In this document: one piece after another, positions 25,905 through 38,283 of the stretch
Layout of the letters: every line of letters starts with the position of its first letter
How positions within the stretch are numbered: position 1 is the first letter of the stretch
Assembly (NCBI GenBank): GCA_030390025.1
Contig: CM059432.1
Span: 117,678,001-117,742,000 of the forward strand
DNA length: 64,000 nucleotides
Direction of reading: 5' to 3'
Source: Squalus acanthias
Lineage: Eukaryota
Made by a program: the position numbers and the translations under genes
The notes under the pieces: generated by a model
Databases searched by the model: none
What the model was told of the DNA's origin: nothing
What the model saw: only the letters and a program-made list of their open reading frames with translations

Positions 25905-27343
25905 ATTTGTTTATGAGATTTGGGCATCGCTGGCAAGGCCAGCATTTATTGCCCATCCCTAGTTGCCCTTGAGAAGGTGGTGGTGAGCCGCCTTCTTGAA
26001 CCGTTGCAGTCCGTGTGGTGAAGGCACTCCCACAGTGCTGTTAGGGAGGGAGTTCCAGGATTTTGACCCAGCGACGATGAAGGATCGGCGATATACTTCT
26101 AAGTCAGGAAGGTGTGTGACTTGGAGGGGAACTTGGAGGTGGTGCTGTTCCCATGCGTCTGCTACCCTTGCCCTTCTAGGTGGTAGAGGTCGCGGGTTTG
26201 GAAGGTGCTGCCGAAGAAGTCTTGGCGAGTTGCTGCAGTGCATCTTGTAGATGGTACACACTGCAGCCACGGTATGCCGGTGGTGGAGGGAGTGAATGCT
26301 TAAGGTGGTGTATGGGCTGCCAATCAAGCGGGCTGCTTTGTCCTGGATGGTGTCGAGCTTCTTGAGTGTTGGAGCGGCACTCATCCAGTCAAGTGGAGAG
26401 TATTCCATCACACTCCTTACTTGTGCCTTGTAGATGGTGGAAAGGCTTTGGGGAGTAAGGAGGTGAGACACTCGCTGCAGAATACCTAGTCTCTGACCTG
26501 CTCTTGTGGGCACAGTATTTATGTGGCTAGTCCAGTTAAGTTACTGGTCAATGGTGACCCCCAGGATGTTGATGGTGGGGGATTCGGCGATGGTAATGCC
26601 ATTGAATGTCATGGGCGGTGGTTAGACTCTCGCTTGTTACATAGAAACATAGAAAAATAGGAGCAGGAGTAGGCCATTCGGCCCTTTGAGCCTTCAATAT
26701 GATCATGGCTGATCCTCTATCTCAATACCATATTCCCGCTCTCTCCCCATATCCCTTGATGACTTATGTGTCTAGAAATCTATCTATCTCCTTCTTAAAT
26801 ATATTCAGTTACTTGGCCTGCACAGCCTTCTGTGGTAGAGAATTCCATAGGTTTATCACCCTCTGAGTGAAGAAATTTCTCCTCATCTCAGTCCTAAATG
26901 TCCTACCCTGTATCCTGAGACTGTGACCCTTCGTTCTAGACCACCCAGCCAGGGGAAACATCCCCCCTGCATCCAGTCTGTCTAGCCCTGTCAGAATTTT
27001 ATACGTTTTAATGAGATCCCCTCTCATTCTTCTAAACTCTAGTGAATACAGGCCTAGTCGACCCAATCTCTCCTCATACGACAGTCCTGCCATCCCAGGA
27101 ATCAGTCTGGTGAATCTTTGCTGCACTCCCTCTATGGCAAGTATATCCTTTCTTAGGCCAGAAGACCAAAATTGCACACAGTACTCCAGGTGTGGTCTCA
27201 CCAAGGCCCTGTACAACTGTAGTAAGACATCCTTGCTCCTGTACTCAAATCCTCTTGCAATGAAGGCCAACATACCATTTGGAGATAGTCATTGCCTGGC
27301 ACTTCTGTGGCGCGAATGTTACCGGCCATTTATCAGCCCAAGC
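25905..27343 (-). mobile_element. 3' fragment of the second LINE family, split by a young CR1 3' end (-, about 26639-27278)
   Basis: ORF 25959..26513 matches 14633..15481. ctctcgcttgtt resumes as ttggagatagtcattgcc at about 27279. ORF 26809..27273 is CR1. Confidence 0.9.
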
Positions 27344-27994
27344 TGGCCATTCATCTCATTTATGTTTGTGGGACCTTGCTATATCCAAAGTGGCTGCCAC
27401 ATTTGCCTGCATTGTAACAGTGACTGTACTTTAAAGTATGTGAGGCATTTTGAAATGACCTGAGAGACATGATAAGGTGCTATATAACTGCAAATCCTTA
27501 AGAGAGTGAAGTTCCTTGGTGTGTTTAAGCTAACAGACATATCCCGTGCGTATTAATGTGTAATTAATGTAAAGTAATTTGAAGCATCATTTTACGAGTT
27601 CACCCCCCACCCTGCCACATCGCTTCACCCACTGGGAGCACATATTGGGGGTTTAGGCATAAGGTCCAAATTCCCAATAAGCATTCCTGACAGGTGAAGC
27701 TCCATGTTTGAGTTCCAGGTACAGATCAGCCATGATCTAATTGAATGGCACTACAGGCTCGAGGGGCTGAATGGCCTACTCCTGCTTCTATCGTCCTATA
27801 TTCTTATACTTGCAGTCTGTGGTATGTTCATAATGTCCACTATAAAGGTGGTATTAAGTTAATGGATAGATCTACAGATGTCCAGGATGGAGTCTGGGGG
27901 CACTGGTGGGGCTAAGGATCTTGACAGCTGAGTACTCACATGGGGCCGGAATATGATTTTCTTCCACTCTCACAATCAATTCTTTATGCATTGC

Positions 27995-28815
27995 CATACC
28001 CAAGAGTATAAGACAGGCTTGGACTGGGAAGATTAAAAGAGGCTGAGGCTGGCAACAGCCAAGAGTTGAAAAAGAGTCTGCAGGAGATGGGGTGGAGGGC
28101 CAGTGGAACAATGGGGTAGATTGGAGCAAGGACAGAAGGGTCAAGGGTGGGTATGCTGTGGAGAGGGGTACTGATGGAAGATTTGAAGGAGAGGGGGACA
28201 GTACTTGAGGAGAGAGAACCGTTAATAATATCAGCTAATATGAGGCCCAGGAAGGGAATTTGGATGGTCAACAGTTTGGTCCGAATAAGATTGAGGGAGC
28301 AGGAGGTGGGTCTCATAGACAAGATGAGCTCAGAGAGAGCAAGGCAGGAGATGGGATAGAAACTGGAGAAAGACATGAGTTCAGGGCTAGGGCAGCGGGG
28401 AACATTAGGGGAAGTTTAACCCGGTGGGCTAGGGGAAGGGAGGGAAGCAGCAGAGGCAGCTGAAATGATGGTCTTGATCTTCGTGACAATAAAGTCCATG
28501 AACTCCTCACACTTGTTGTTGGAGGTTAGGGTGGAAGAGGCAGGGGAGAGGGGCTTAAGCAGTCGGTTTGCGGTAGAGAAAAAGAAGCCAGGTGCTATCT
28601 TTGCATTCCAGGCTGATCCTGGAATAGTGAGCAGTTTTGGCAGAGGAGAGCAGGACCCGCTAATGCTTTATGTGGTCCAGTCAGATCTGGCGATGAATGG
28701 CTTAACCAGTTGTCCGCTATAGCGAAAATGAGGGTCGTACCAGGGGGAACGACGAGGGTGTGAGAGAGTATGATTTTAATGGGGACTAGGGCATCAAAGG
28801 TGGACGTGAGGGATC
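27995..28815 (-). mobile_element. Old L2-type LINE fragment
   Basis: Minus-strand translation resembles the L2 ORF2 region before the RT (MRPTSCSLN.I.TKLL, DIINGSLSSSTVP.SFK). Confidence 0.65.
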
Positions 28816-29361
28816 ATAAACCATAAGGGATCATGAACTCCCTACTTGTTCCAGTGTGATAGCTGATTGAACATTAATAGATATATAGTTACCCACTCTA
28901 AACATGGCTCATTACATTACTATGCCTCCTCTATTGCCCCTCTGTAAAGAGCAATGAAGCATATGTGAGAGGCAGGACCTCACTGAGCTGACATTTTGTA
29001 TCCAAAATGAAAGGTTGCAGGATTTTAACTGCAATAGAGGTGCTTTATAATACGGTCTGGAGAGAGGGAAGAATGGTAATGGTGTACTGCATGCTGCAGA
29101 AACTAGCTATGGAAAGCGGCACACCTGTCTGTAGGTGAGGATCAGCAAAAACAGGGCATTGTCAGAGGCAGAGGGTGATGAGGATCTAGCAAAAGCGGAG
29201 CAGCCACTACAAGAAGCATTGAATCAGTACATTATCAATAAGCAGCTTTTTTATATTTTATTGATTTCTGGTTTTTTGTAACTAGTCTTTCATTATTTAG
29301 CTGTTTATCCTAGAAAATACAGATTTGTAAAGAAAACAATGATTGCGAGGTTAAAGATCAT

Positions 29362-30126
29362 GGCCCAAAAATTTGGCCGTTCTCGGGTGAGTACGGACTG
29401 TGTACTCACCCGTATTAATTCCCGAAGTGCCGGTTTCCTGCATGCACTGCGCATGCGTGGGAAACCGGCACTTCTGGTATGGTGAAGGGGGCGGTTCCTA
29501 GGTGAACCACGTGTGCACTAGAGGCTGCGCGCACGCAGCACACTTAGATTTTTTTTCAGGTTTCAACGCGAGGGTAAGTATTGAAGATTCTACGCTAGTA
29601 AAAAGGAGGCGTAAGACCCCTTTTGAACAAGGTAAGTAGTTAATTAAGTATAATTTAAAACATTTTTCAACAGGTTTATCTTTTTTAGAGACTTTAAAGA
29701 AAGGTAAGTTTATTTTTATAACTTTTAAAAAGTATTTTAATTTTTTCAAAAATTAAAATTTTTGTTTAAAGTGGTTAATTTATTTAACTATAGTTATTTT
29801 ATTAATGTGATTGTTTTTTTTTTAAATTTATTTGAGGTTTAGCTGTTCTTTTGGGGCCGATTTCAATTCACAGATTTGACAGGTCTCATGTCAAATCTAT
29901 GAATGAAAGATGGTCTGCTGCCATTGGCTCTCCATGGCCCACGTGATCCCAGTGGTCGCATCGCACTAACTGCGCCCCTGGGACATGCAAGCACTGCGCG
30001 CCGGCACAAGGGAGAGGCCCGGGACCCGAAGTTCCTGTGGGCCCGAAACACAACGGCAGGCACGGTGAGTAAGAGCGCGCATGATCCTTACCCCCGCGGC
30101 AAGCCGGGCACCCGAATTTCTAGGCC
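29362..30126 (+). mobile_element. About 760-bp Harbinger-type MITE, family A copy 1
   Basis: TIRs ggcccaaaaatt / aatttctaggcc; flanks cat and gat; highly similar to 48840-49580 (inverted) and 62068-62828. Confidence 0.9.
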
Positions 30127-30467
30127 GATGTTTCATGTCCTTCATAGAAAATAATATTGAAGATGGTCTGTGTGTTTAATGTGATGTGCCACTGCATACG
30201 GCAGGCTGTGTATATTCATAGGCATTCACTCTTCTCATCTCAGCACTTTTCCTTGTCAGAAACCTTCTACCTCTAGATTCTGCGGGTATATGAAGCCATG
30301 TCCACAGACCGGGAAAGGTTCTCCCATGCCTGAGTGCTACTCATTATTAGTGGCTTGCCCCTCTACACAGCACAGAGCAGTTCTCCTTGCCCTTTGCTGT
30401 GGACAATGGCTCATAGACGCATAAATTGCACAGCTGCATGGCGTGTGCTAGGTGTACTTGTTAAGTG

Positions 30468-30553
30468 ACTTCACCTGACGAAGGAGCAGCGCTCCGAAAG
30501 CTTGTGATTTCAAATAAAGCTGTTGGACTATAACCTGGTGTTGTGCGACTTCT
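30468..30553 (+). ncRNA. 86-bp solo Penelope pseudo-LTR fragment made largely of a minimal hammerhead ribozyme
   Basis: tcac-CTGACGA-a-ggagc(agc)gctcc-GAAA-gc-TT-gtga; perfect 13-bp TSD tacttgttaagtg at 30455-30467 and 30554-30566. Confidence 0.85.
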
Positions 30554-30774
30554 TACTTGTTAAGTGGCTGCTCAGTTCACTTAAACCGCATACAATCGGG
30601 AGCTTTCGGATTGTGTGCTCTTTAGCACATCTGAGCTTCCAGAATGTCCACCAGCATGCGCAATTCTATCACTGTGCTTAAAAAAAAGGACAGAACTTTA
30701 ATTCCCGTTTAACGCACTGTCTGTGCACTGAGAGGAATTTCACCTCCAAAGACTTTGGGAACTTTTAAAAAAAT

Positions 30775-31217
30775 GTGTTCCTGGGATCTGGGTGTCACTG
30801 GCAAGGTCAGCATTTATTGTCCATCCCTAATTGCCCTTGAGAAGGTGGTGGTGAGCTGCCTTCTTGAACCGCTGCAGTCCGTGTGGTGAAGCTACTCCCA
30901 CAGTGCTGTTAGGGAGGGAGTTCCAGGATTTTGACCCAGCGACGATGAAGGATCGGCGATATACTTTCAAGTCAGGATGGTGTGTGACTTGGAGGGAAAC
31001 TTGGAGGTGGTGGTGTTCCCATGCGCCTGCTTCCTTTGTCCTTCTAGTTGGAAGAGGTCGCGGGTTTGGGAGGTGCTGCCGAAGAAGCCTTGGCGAGTTG
31101 CTGCAGTGCATCTTGTAGATGGTACACACTGCAGCCACAGTACGTCGGTGGTGGAGGGAGTGAATGTTTAAAGTGGTGGATGGGGTGCCAATCAAGCAGG
31201 CTGCTTTGTCCTGGATG
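30775..31217 (-). mobile_element. 3' fragment of the second LINE family
   Basis: ORF 30827..31195 ends FKKAAHHHLLKGN. Confidence 0.9.
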
Positions 31218-31270
31218 AGTGTTCCGACTTTACTTTCCTGAGACGGGAACCTCGCTGGTCAACAGTGCAT

Positions 31271-31366
31271 ATCTGACGAAGGGTCATCGACCTGAAACAT
31301 TAACTCTGTTTCTCGCTCCACGATGCTGCCTGACCTGCTGAGTGTTTCCAGCATTTTCTGTTGTTT
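31271..31366 (+). mobile_element. Penelope pseudo-LTR fragment (second family) with a degenerate hammerhead
   Basis: CTGACGA-ag-ggtc(atc)gacc-t-GAAAcattaact; the downstream part matches 46181-46258. Confidence 0.7.
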
Positions 31367-31414
31367 AAGAATTCGATTACTTTAGGTAGTGTGCCTGGCA
31401 TTCTGTGAACCAAG

Positions 31415-33125
31415 TGTAAGGGTTTTTGTCTCTCAGCCTGTGAGATTCGTGTGGCTCTGTGCAGCCCGGGTGCTAGTGCGGGTTTAGGCCTTGTTGCCTG
31501 TTCTGGTCTCCAGCCAGCCTGGGAGCACTAAACACACCTATGAGTGGTTCGACCCACTCGCCCTTACGGTTCTAGACACTGGACTTAGATGCGAGAGCAA
31601 TAATGGAGATGAAACTCAGGTAGACTCGGTTGAATGGCACGAAATGGAAAATCTTTATTGCATATTATTTAAGATTACGAAATACATGTCATAAGCACAG
31701 ATTAATGACAGTACAATCTTACACGCAGTTATGTAATTAATTTCAGGGAAACGAGGAACGAACGACACATCGTAAATGGGGGCACACATTACAATTATCC
31801 TTAATACTTAAAACCCTCCCCTATCAATATCTGTCCTAAGCTAGATTCGTAGGATTCGAGACTCATGCTCACCACTCGTGATAACTCGGAGAATTCCGAA
31901 AACTCTGATCGGATGTTTTTCACCGCAGCGCCCACGTGTCGATCAGGGGGTCTCCTGGCCCCACTTGTTTACTCGTTTCTGCTCCGGTTAGCAGGCTGGA
32001 ACGTCTGCTGTCATGAAGATCTGTGTTGTCCTCGGAGTTCCGACACTGCTCAAAGAAGAGTCTTCCTGTGCCCTCACACCGGTTCGATAAAATTCGAAAA
32101 ATAGTCTTCCTGTGCCAGTTCTGTAGAACTCAAAGAAGTCTTCCTGGCAAGGAAAATGTCTATTCGACCTACAGGCGCGGTCGGAGCTTACTGACCGTGG
32201 CGATAAGTATGGTCTTCTTCTCTTTTCATCTCATCTCATCTCATCTCGGGCCTTCGGTTCCAACACCGTTTACCGACTTATCGGGATGGTGCGCCCGCTT
32301 CAAGGCTTCAGAGCCCAGTTCTACACAGGTCTTCGCGACACGACACGGGGTAGATCCGAGCGGATCATAAAGTTCAACAGTCTTTTGAAAAGAGACATGA
32401 GGCAAGCAGGAACAAAAACGGCGAGTCAAGGGCAGCCACCAGGATAAGAGTCAAGAGTCAAGAGCCAAGAATAAGAGCCAACCGAATAAGAGAAAGATGG
32501 ACGGTTTGGAGCCTGTAATTATAGTGCAAAATCTTCCGTTTCCCGCCCAACCTTAATGTCTTTTCTTTTGTTAGGGTTTGGCGCTCAAATGTCTTGTATA
32601 GGGTGATCTTCGTTTTAATGGGTTTCGGGGCTACTCGTAACTGTCTGAGTACCTGTTAATATTTCTCCCATTGTTTAATCGGTCGGTGTTCTCCCTGGAG
32701 GGGTTTTGGGGCTTCCAAGTGTTTTCTGTAACTACCCGCTAACGGCTCTCTCATCGTAGAGTCGTTGGGATTTTACATATTAATGTCTTTGGATGGGTTC
32801 TTGATTACTTGGTACAATAGCTCTTATTCGCACCTGGGAGACCGATTTCAGTATTTATGTGTAGACTGTAAACCCATGATGTCTCGTGTATTATCTTCAA
32901 TGTGCTGAGTCTAAATCGATCTTGCACAAATGTTTATTGGAACGCCATCTTGTCTGCCTGTCGAAAAGTCTAGAATGTTCTGTCACGAGGTGCGGCGGCC
33001 ATTTTACAAGCTGCTTGTGTCCACTTTGAAAACCTGACAGCATTCTGCTGAAATAAAAGCTGTTTGAACGAAACTCTGTGTTTTTCTCCTTATTAATAAA
33101 ATCGCGATATATTGCGAATTCTACA
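31415..33125 (-). mobile_element. Probable 1.7-kb solo LTR (ERV or Gypsy)
   Basis: TGTA...TACA termini. On the minus strand a GC box, a CGGAAG motif and TATAAT lie at about 32550-32517 and AATAAA at 31659-31654. CpG-rich relative to flanks. Flanks are caag and aaga, so only aag is duplicated. Confidence 0.6.
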
Positions 33126-34404
33126 AAGAGGTTTGACTAAAAGAGGTAACAGAGGGCTGTTTGCCCAGTTACAAGAGTGTTCAGACTTGCTTGTAGCTTG
33201 GCAGAATTCTTCCTGTGTCTACCTTTCAAACTAATCCTGCGTCCCTCTCCACAAGTATGATAACAGCTTGTTATTTGTTAGTTGAATATCATCACAAATA
33301 AAATGCTTGTTCATGATAGCTACAGTCCTATGATCAGAATATGGTTAGCAACAGGGATCAGTGTCCCAGTGGTTATTTCTGTGTTTATTATAACACACAC
33401 ACCCCTGTATGAATGCGTAATTTCATCCACATAACCCAGTATCCAAACCTTTTGTGTATTACCGTAAGCATCAGAAAGCTACCCAAATGTGTTTGAAATT
33501 TGCACATTGCCTAAATTATTTACGGAAGTCAGATTATTGCCATCTAATAGCATCCGCTGACATCTGGTAGCCATTCAAATGCAAAACACAGAACTCAATC
33601 AAAAATCTCATCCCATGTGTCCCCATAAACTTGATAGAAGTGTCATATAAAATGCAACCTTCAAAGTATAAATCTTTCATTAATCAGAAGATGACACAAT
33701 CATTTCTTACAACTGGAACTCCAAGCAGAGTGCTACACAAGTCATTTTGTCAGGTGACTCTGCTTCTCCCGTGGGCTTTCTATTATTCTGTCACAACTGA
33801 GTTCAAGTGCAAAATGTTTATTAATATCATACATCTATCTCATCTAAAAAATGCTTAAATATGTACCCATCCACGTTGGCTTTCATTGAAAATTATTTTT
33901 TAAATGAGGGCAGTTTTGACTTTCAAAAGTTGGAATCCAACCTACAACAGAGCAGGACTTCCATAGAACACATGAGATCATTTGTTCAAACCTCCACCCC
34001 ACCCCAATGCCTAATCTTAGTCAGAATCATGTTTACATCGTTCTCTGAGAAATTTCAGGCTGGTTCCTTGAAATGCTGCGTGCTGGTACTGCTTTAAGAG
34101 CAGGACATCTTCCTTCATCGGGGCTTTCTCCATGCCCACCCGCCCCCGACTCCCCCCGAGCCCAAAACCATGCATTTCTCAATGTAAGTCAGTAATTGTT
34201 GGAAGGACATGCACCTTTGTCCCATCGGCAATATTTAAATTTGGTGAACCTGGAAATTAGGACGGGTTAAACGGCAGGCTGGAAGCAATCAGTGAATCGC
34301 GGGACACGAAATTTTGGAGCTCATGTGTCCTATGTCTTTACTCACTATGTTAACCACATGTACACATGGCATTGTACACAATATGCCATTTGGTGAACAT
34401 GTTA

Positions 34405-34930
34405 TAAGAACCTAAGAACATAAGAAATAGGAGCAGGAGTAGGCCATGTGGCCCGTTGAGCCTGCTCCACCATTCAATAAGATCATGGCTGATCTTCTAC
34501 CTCAACTCCACTTTCTTGCACTATCACCAAATCCCTTGATTCCCCTAATATCCAAAAATTTATTGATTTCTGTCTTGGATATTCTCAACGACTGAGCCTC
34601 CACAGCCCTCTGGGGTAGAGAATTCCAAAGATTCACCACCCTCTGAGCGAAGAAATTTCTCCTCATCTCAGTCCTAAATGGCCGACCCCTTATTCTGAGA
34701 CTGTGACCCCTGGTTCTGGACTCCCCAGCCAGGGGAAACATCCTCCCTGCATCTACCCTGTCAATCCCTGTAAGAATTTTGTATGTTTCAATGAGATCAA
34801 CTCTCATTCTTCTGAACTCTAGAGAATATAGGCCTAGCCTACTCAATCTCTCCTCATAGGACAATCCCCCCAATCCCAGGAACCAGTCTGGTGAACCTTC
34901 GTTGCACTCCCTCTATGGCAAGTACATCCA
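34405..34930 (-). mobile_element. CR1 3' end
   Basis: ORF 34502..34873 and tail. Confidence 0.9.
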
Positions 34931-35098
34931 GTCCTCGCAATCTATTCAGTTGAAACAAATTGGCTACACCAACACAATCTAATCCCTTCATCATCTTATA
35001 AACCGCTTCTCTAAAGAATAGATACCCAGCTCTTTGAGCCTATCTTGGTAACAAACTTGCTAAGAGGCCCTCCCCTGTACCCTTTCCAAAGTATCAAT

Positions 35099-35860
35099 CA
35101 GCCGGACTTTGTGGTAGAAATAACAGTGAGGCTAATAGCGCTCACTGTTATTTATGTGGAAATCAGACAGCAAGGTCCGGCGACCACACGTGAGCAGTTG
35201 AACGCGGAAATCCAGAAGTTTCTGTCCGAGATGTCCTGCTCCTCCAGAAGCTCCACTATAATGGGATCTCACCGTCTGACTCACCATTGAAATATATTGA
35301 ACGGCATGAAGCTGATGTACTTACCTGAGAGATTGGAACTAAACTCACCAGAAAATGTTGGGCTTGTTTATTCCAGTGTAAGTACCCTTTTAACAGCATG
35401 GTACGTTTAATTACTGCCAAACACCCTCTCTGGTACTGAAAATTAACTTTGCTTCTAATTTTAATTAATGTTGGAGATTAAAAAATTAAAATATTTAAAT
35501 AAAACATTTTTTTTACTTTTCTTTCTGTCTCTTTTATCTCTCTCAATCCAATCTTCCTTTCCCTCTCTTTATTTCACTTTCTGTACCTGATTTGACATTT
35601 AATTCAATATTCCAACTGACACTTCCTGGTTCAGACTCTGTGCAGCTCATTAACAATTCTTCAATCTGATTGGTTAAGGAGATACACAGTTGCATGCTTT
35701 ATTCATGCAGGTCCCAGATGCTCTATAGAGGGTGCTGCACTTTTGGGCTCTCTAATTTACAGTAAGTTCCAGTGTAAAATCCCAAAGAAAGTCTATGGGC
35801 AAGTGCAAGTGTAATGAATGGCTGACGCCATTCGTTCACTGCTGTGAGCATAATTGGGGG
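35099..35860. mobile_element. Old MITE with an architecture resembling family A
   Basis: Subterminal hairpin aaataacagtgag (35118-35130) / ctcactgttattt (35141-35153), AT-rich centre, eroded ends. Confidence 0.5.
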
Positions 35861-35864
35861 ATTT

Positions 35865-37184
35865 CATTCATTGGAACCGGAGTCTGATGAGGCGTTCACG
35901 GACAGCCCATCTGGAAGGTGGATTGGCTGCCTCTCTCCTCCCTCCCCCCCTCATCCTCTTCCTCTAGCTCCTCTTCCTCCTCCTCCTTCTTCTGAGGTGG
36001 TCCCGTAATCCCTGGTGGCAAGGGCTGCGTCCTCCTGATAAAGAAAAAAAGAAAGACTTGCATTTATATAGCACCTTTCACGACCACCGGATGTCTCAAA
36101 GTGCTTTATAGCCAATGAAGTACTTTTGGAGTGTAGTCACTGTTGTAATGTGGGAAACGGTGATGGCCAAGATGTGAAGCATGAGGCAGACCACCACGAA
36201 AGGGGACACCCACTCTGGTGTGTACTGGAGGGCTCCTCTCAAGCGGTCAAGGCAGCAGAACCGCTGCTTCAGTAGCTGGATGGTCTGCTCGGTAATGTTC
36301 CTGGTTCTCATTATATGAGTGCTGGGCACGAGTGGTGAGGTTGCGGAGGAGAGTCATCAGCCAGATAGCCCTTGTTTCCGAGCAGCCACCCTCGAGTTTG
36401 ATGAGGTAGCTGGAAGATTGCTAGCACACAGGATGAAGGCATTATGACTGCTGCCAGGATAGCGGGCATTGACCATCAGGAATCGCTGGGCATGGTCGCA
36501 CAACAACTGCACATTAAGTGAGTGGTAGCCTTTGCGGTTATGGAAGATCTTAGGATTGTTATATGGCACCCTGGCCCTCTCCTCCTCCCTCTGCGCTCAT
36601 CTTCTCGTCTTCTTCGCTGCCTCTGCTCCCTCTCCCAAAGATACTCGAGCACGAAGGGGACTGCCAGTAGAACCCCCATGACTGTGAGCAAGTGTTGTGA
36701 GCAGAAGCCATTAAATAAGAATGAAGGCATTCTCCACTTGCAACAACACTCCCTTTTACCTTAGAACCTTCAAAGAAGTTAATAAAGATGCTGGAGGTCC
36801 AGAAAGTGGCACTTTGCCAATCAAACTGAACAAACATGTCAGGTGCAACTGATTGCTGATGATCCCTTTAAATACCACTGCTGGAGCCTCCTTCCTGCTC
36901 GTCAATGCTTGCTCAGCTCGTCACACTTAAGGCATGCTGGTAAGTGGAGCGGTGAACTCCAATCTTGCAGATCAGGTGTCAAGTGAGCGTTGCACACTCA
37001 CTGATGTCACGATCTGCATCATCTACAAAATTTTAGCGATTGCTGACATCAGCAGTGCTGCTGGCCATCCGAAAATGTCGGCCGCCACGCAACCCGCCGG
37101 CAGCGGGCAGAAGAGCAGTCACCGCCATTATTTCATCCAAGTCTGGCGGTCAAGGGTGGCGATAATTCCCCCAATTTCTAGGCC
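35865..37184 (-). pseudogene. Right half of a Harbinger element: internally deleted transposase, promoter region and TIR; SINE tail inserted at about 36040-36160
   Basis: MGVLLAVP start, RKGYHSLNVQLLCD, PGSSHNA, EQTI.LLKQRFCCLD; TIR aatttctaggcc ending at 37184. Confidence 0.85.
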
Positions 37185-37385
37185 ATGGATTTCTCCCCTT
37201 GAAAAGGCTGTAGATTCTGAATCAATTAAGACTGAGAGCGATAGATTTTTGTTGGGTAAGAGTATTAAAGGATGTCGATCAAAGCCAGGTAAATGGAGTT
37301 GAAATACAAATCAACCATGGCATTGAATGATGGAACAGGCTCAAGGGACGAAATGGCCTATTCCTGCGTCTATATTACTTTAAAA

Positions 37386-38283
37386 GGCGGGAATTTTGAT
37401 CGGGAAACGGGTTGGGAGCGACAGGGGCTCAGAAGTGGTCGGGAAACCTGCGAGTACGGATTTAACGGCAGGGCCTGATTTGCATTTCAAACCTGTTTTC
37501 CACCCGCAGCCAGCCAGATGGAGAGGCTGGCTGGCTGCGGGAGGGTAGGCCTGTGGCACTAGTTCCACAGAAAGGAGGGAGGGAGGGATCGAGTGTCGGC
37601 TGGAGAGTGGTCGGGGGGCGGACCCAAGCACCGGGGGGGAGGGAGAGGACATCGGGGACCGACATCAAGGGTTCAAGAGGGGGGAGGAAGAGAATGGGGC
37701 AGGCATCAAGAGATCGGGATGGGGGGAGGGAGAGAACATCGGGGGGCCTGGAGAACAATTGGGGGGGAGGGAGTGGACACCAAGGGGCCTGGAGAATGAC
37801 TGCAGCGGGGGGGAGGGGCGGGGGGGGGGGAACATCGAGGGGCCTGGAGAATGATCGGGGGTGCGGGAGGCTGGGAAGGCAATCGGAGGCCTGTGGGGGG
37901 GCTCTCCGATCGCGGGGATTGGGTTAGGCAGGGACGCTGGATCCAGGAGGAAGGGGTAACAGCACCTACCTCCTGGATCCAGCAGTCCTCACCTTCCATT
38001 AGCTGTCGGGTTTCCGAGGCCTGAGAAATCCGACTAGCCACAGTTAAATTTAAAATGCTGGTTAAAACTGAGACACGCCAGCCTCATTATAATATTTAAA
38101 TGGTGACCCGCTTCCTGGGGGTGGGTTGGCTGCCCACACCACACCCCCCCACCCCTGACCTGCCTCCGTTAAAACCAGAAGTGGGCGGGTTGGAGGCGGG
38201 TTCTGGTTGGGATTCCGTATTTTAACACTTTAGCTTCCCACCCGAGCCAAACCCACCCGTTTTTTATGGTTAAAATTCCCCCC
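37386..38283. mobile_element. Harbinger-type MITE with G-rich centre (family B)
   Basis: TIRs ggcgggaattttga / ttaaaattcccccc; AAA TSD. Confidence 0.88.

Noticed and set aside
29498..30154. Conserved small ORFs repeated at 29.5-30.1, 48.8-49.4 and 62.6-62.9 kb
   Set aside because: The similarity comes from MITE copies, and indels between copies break the frames.
32041..32150. CRISPR-like or DGR-like repeats
   Set aside because: There are only three irregular units with no unique spacers, and the differences are codon-position-specific rather than adenine-specific. The context is eukaryotic.
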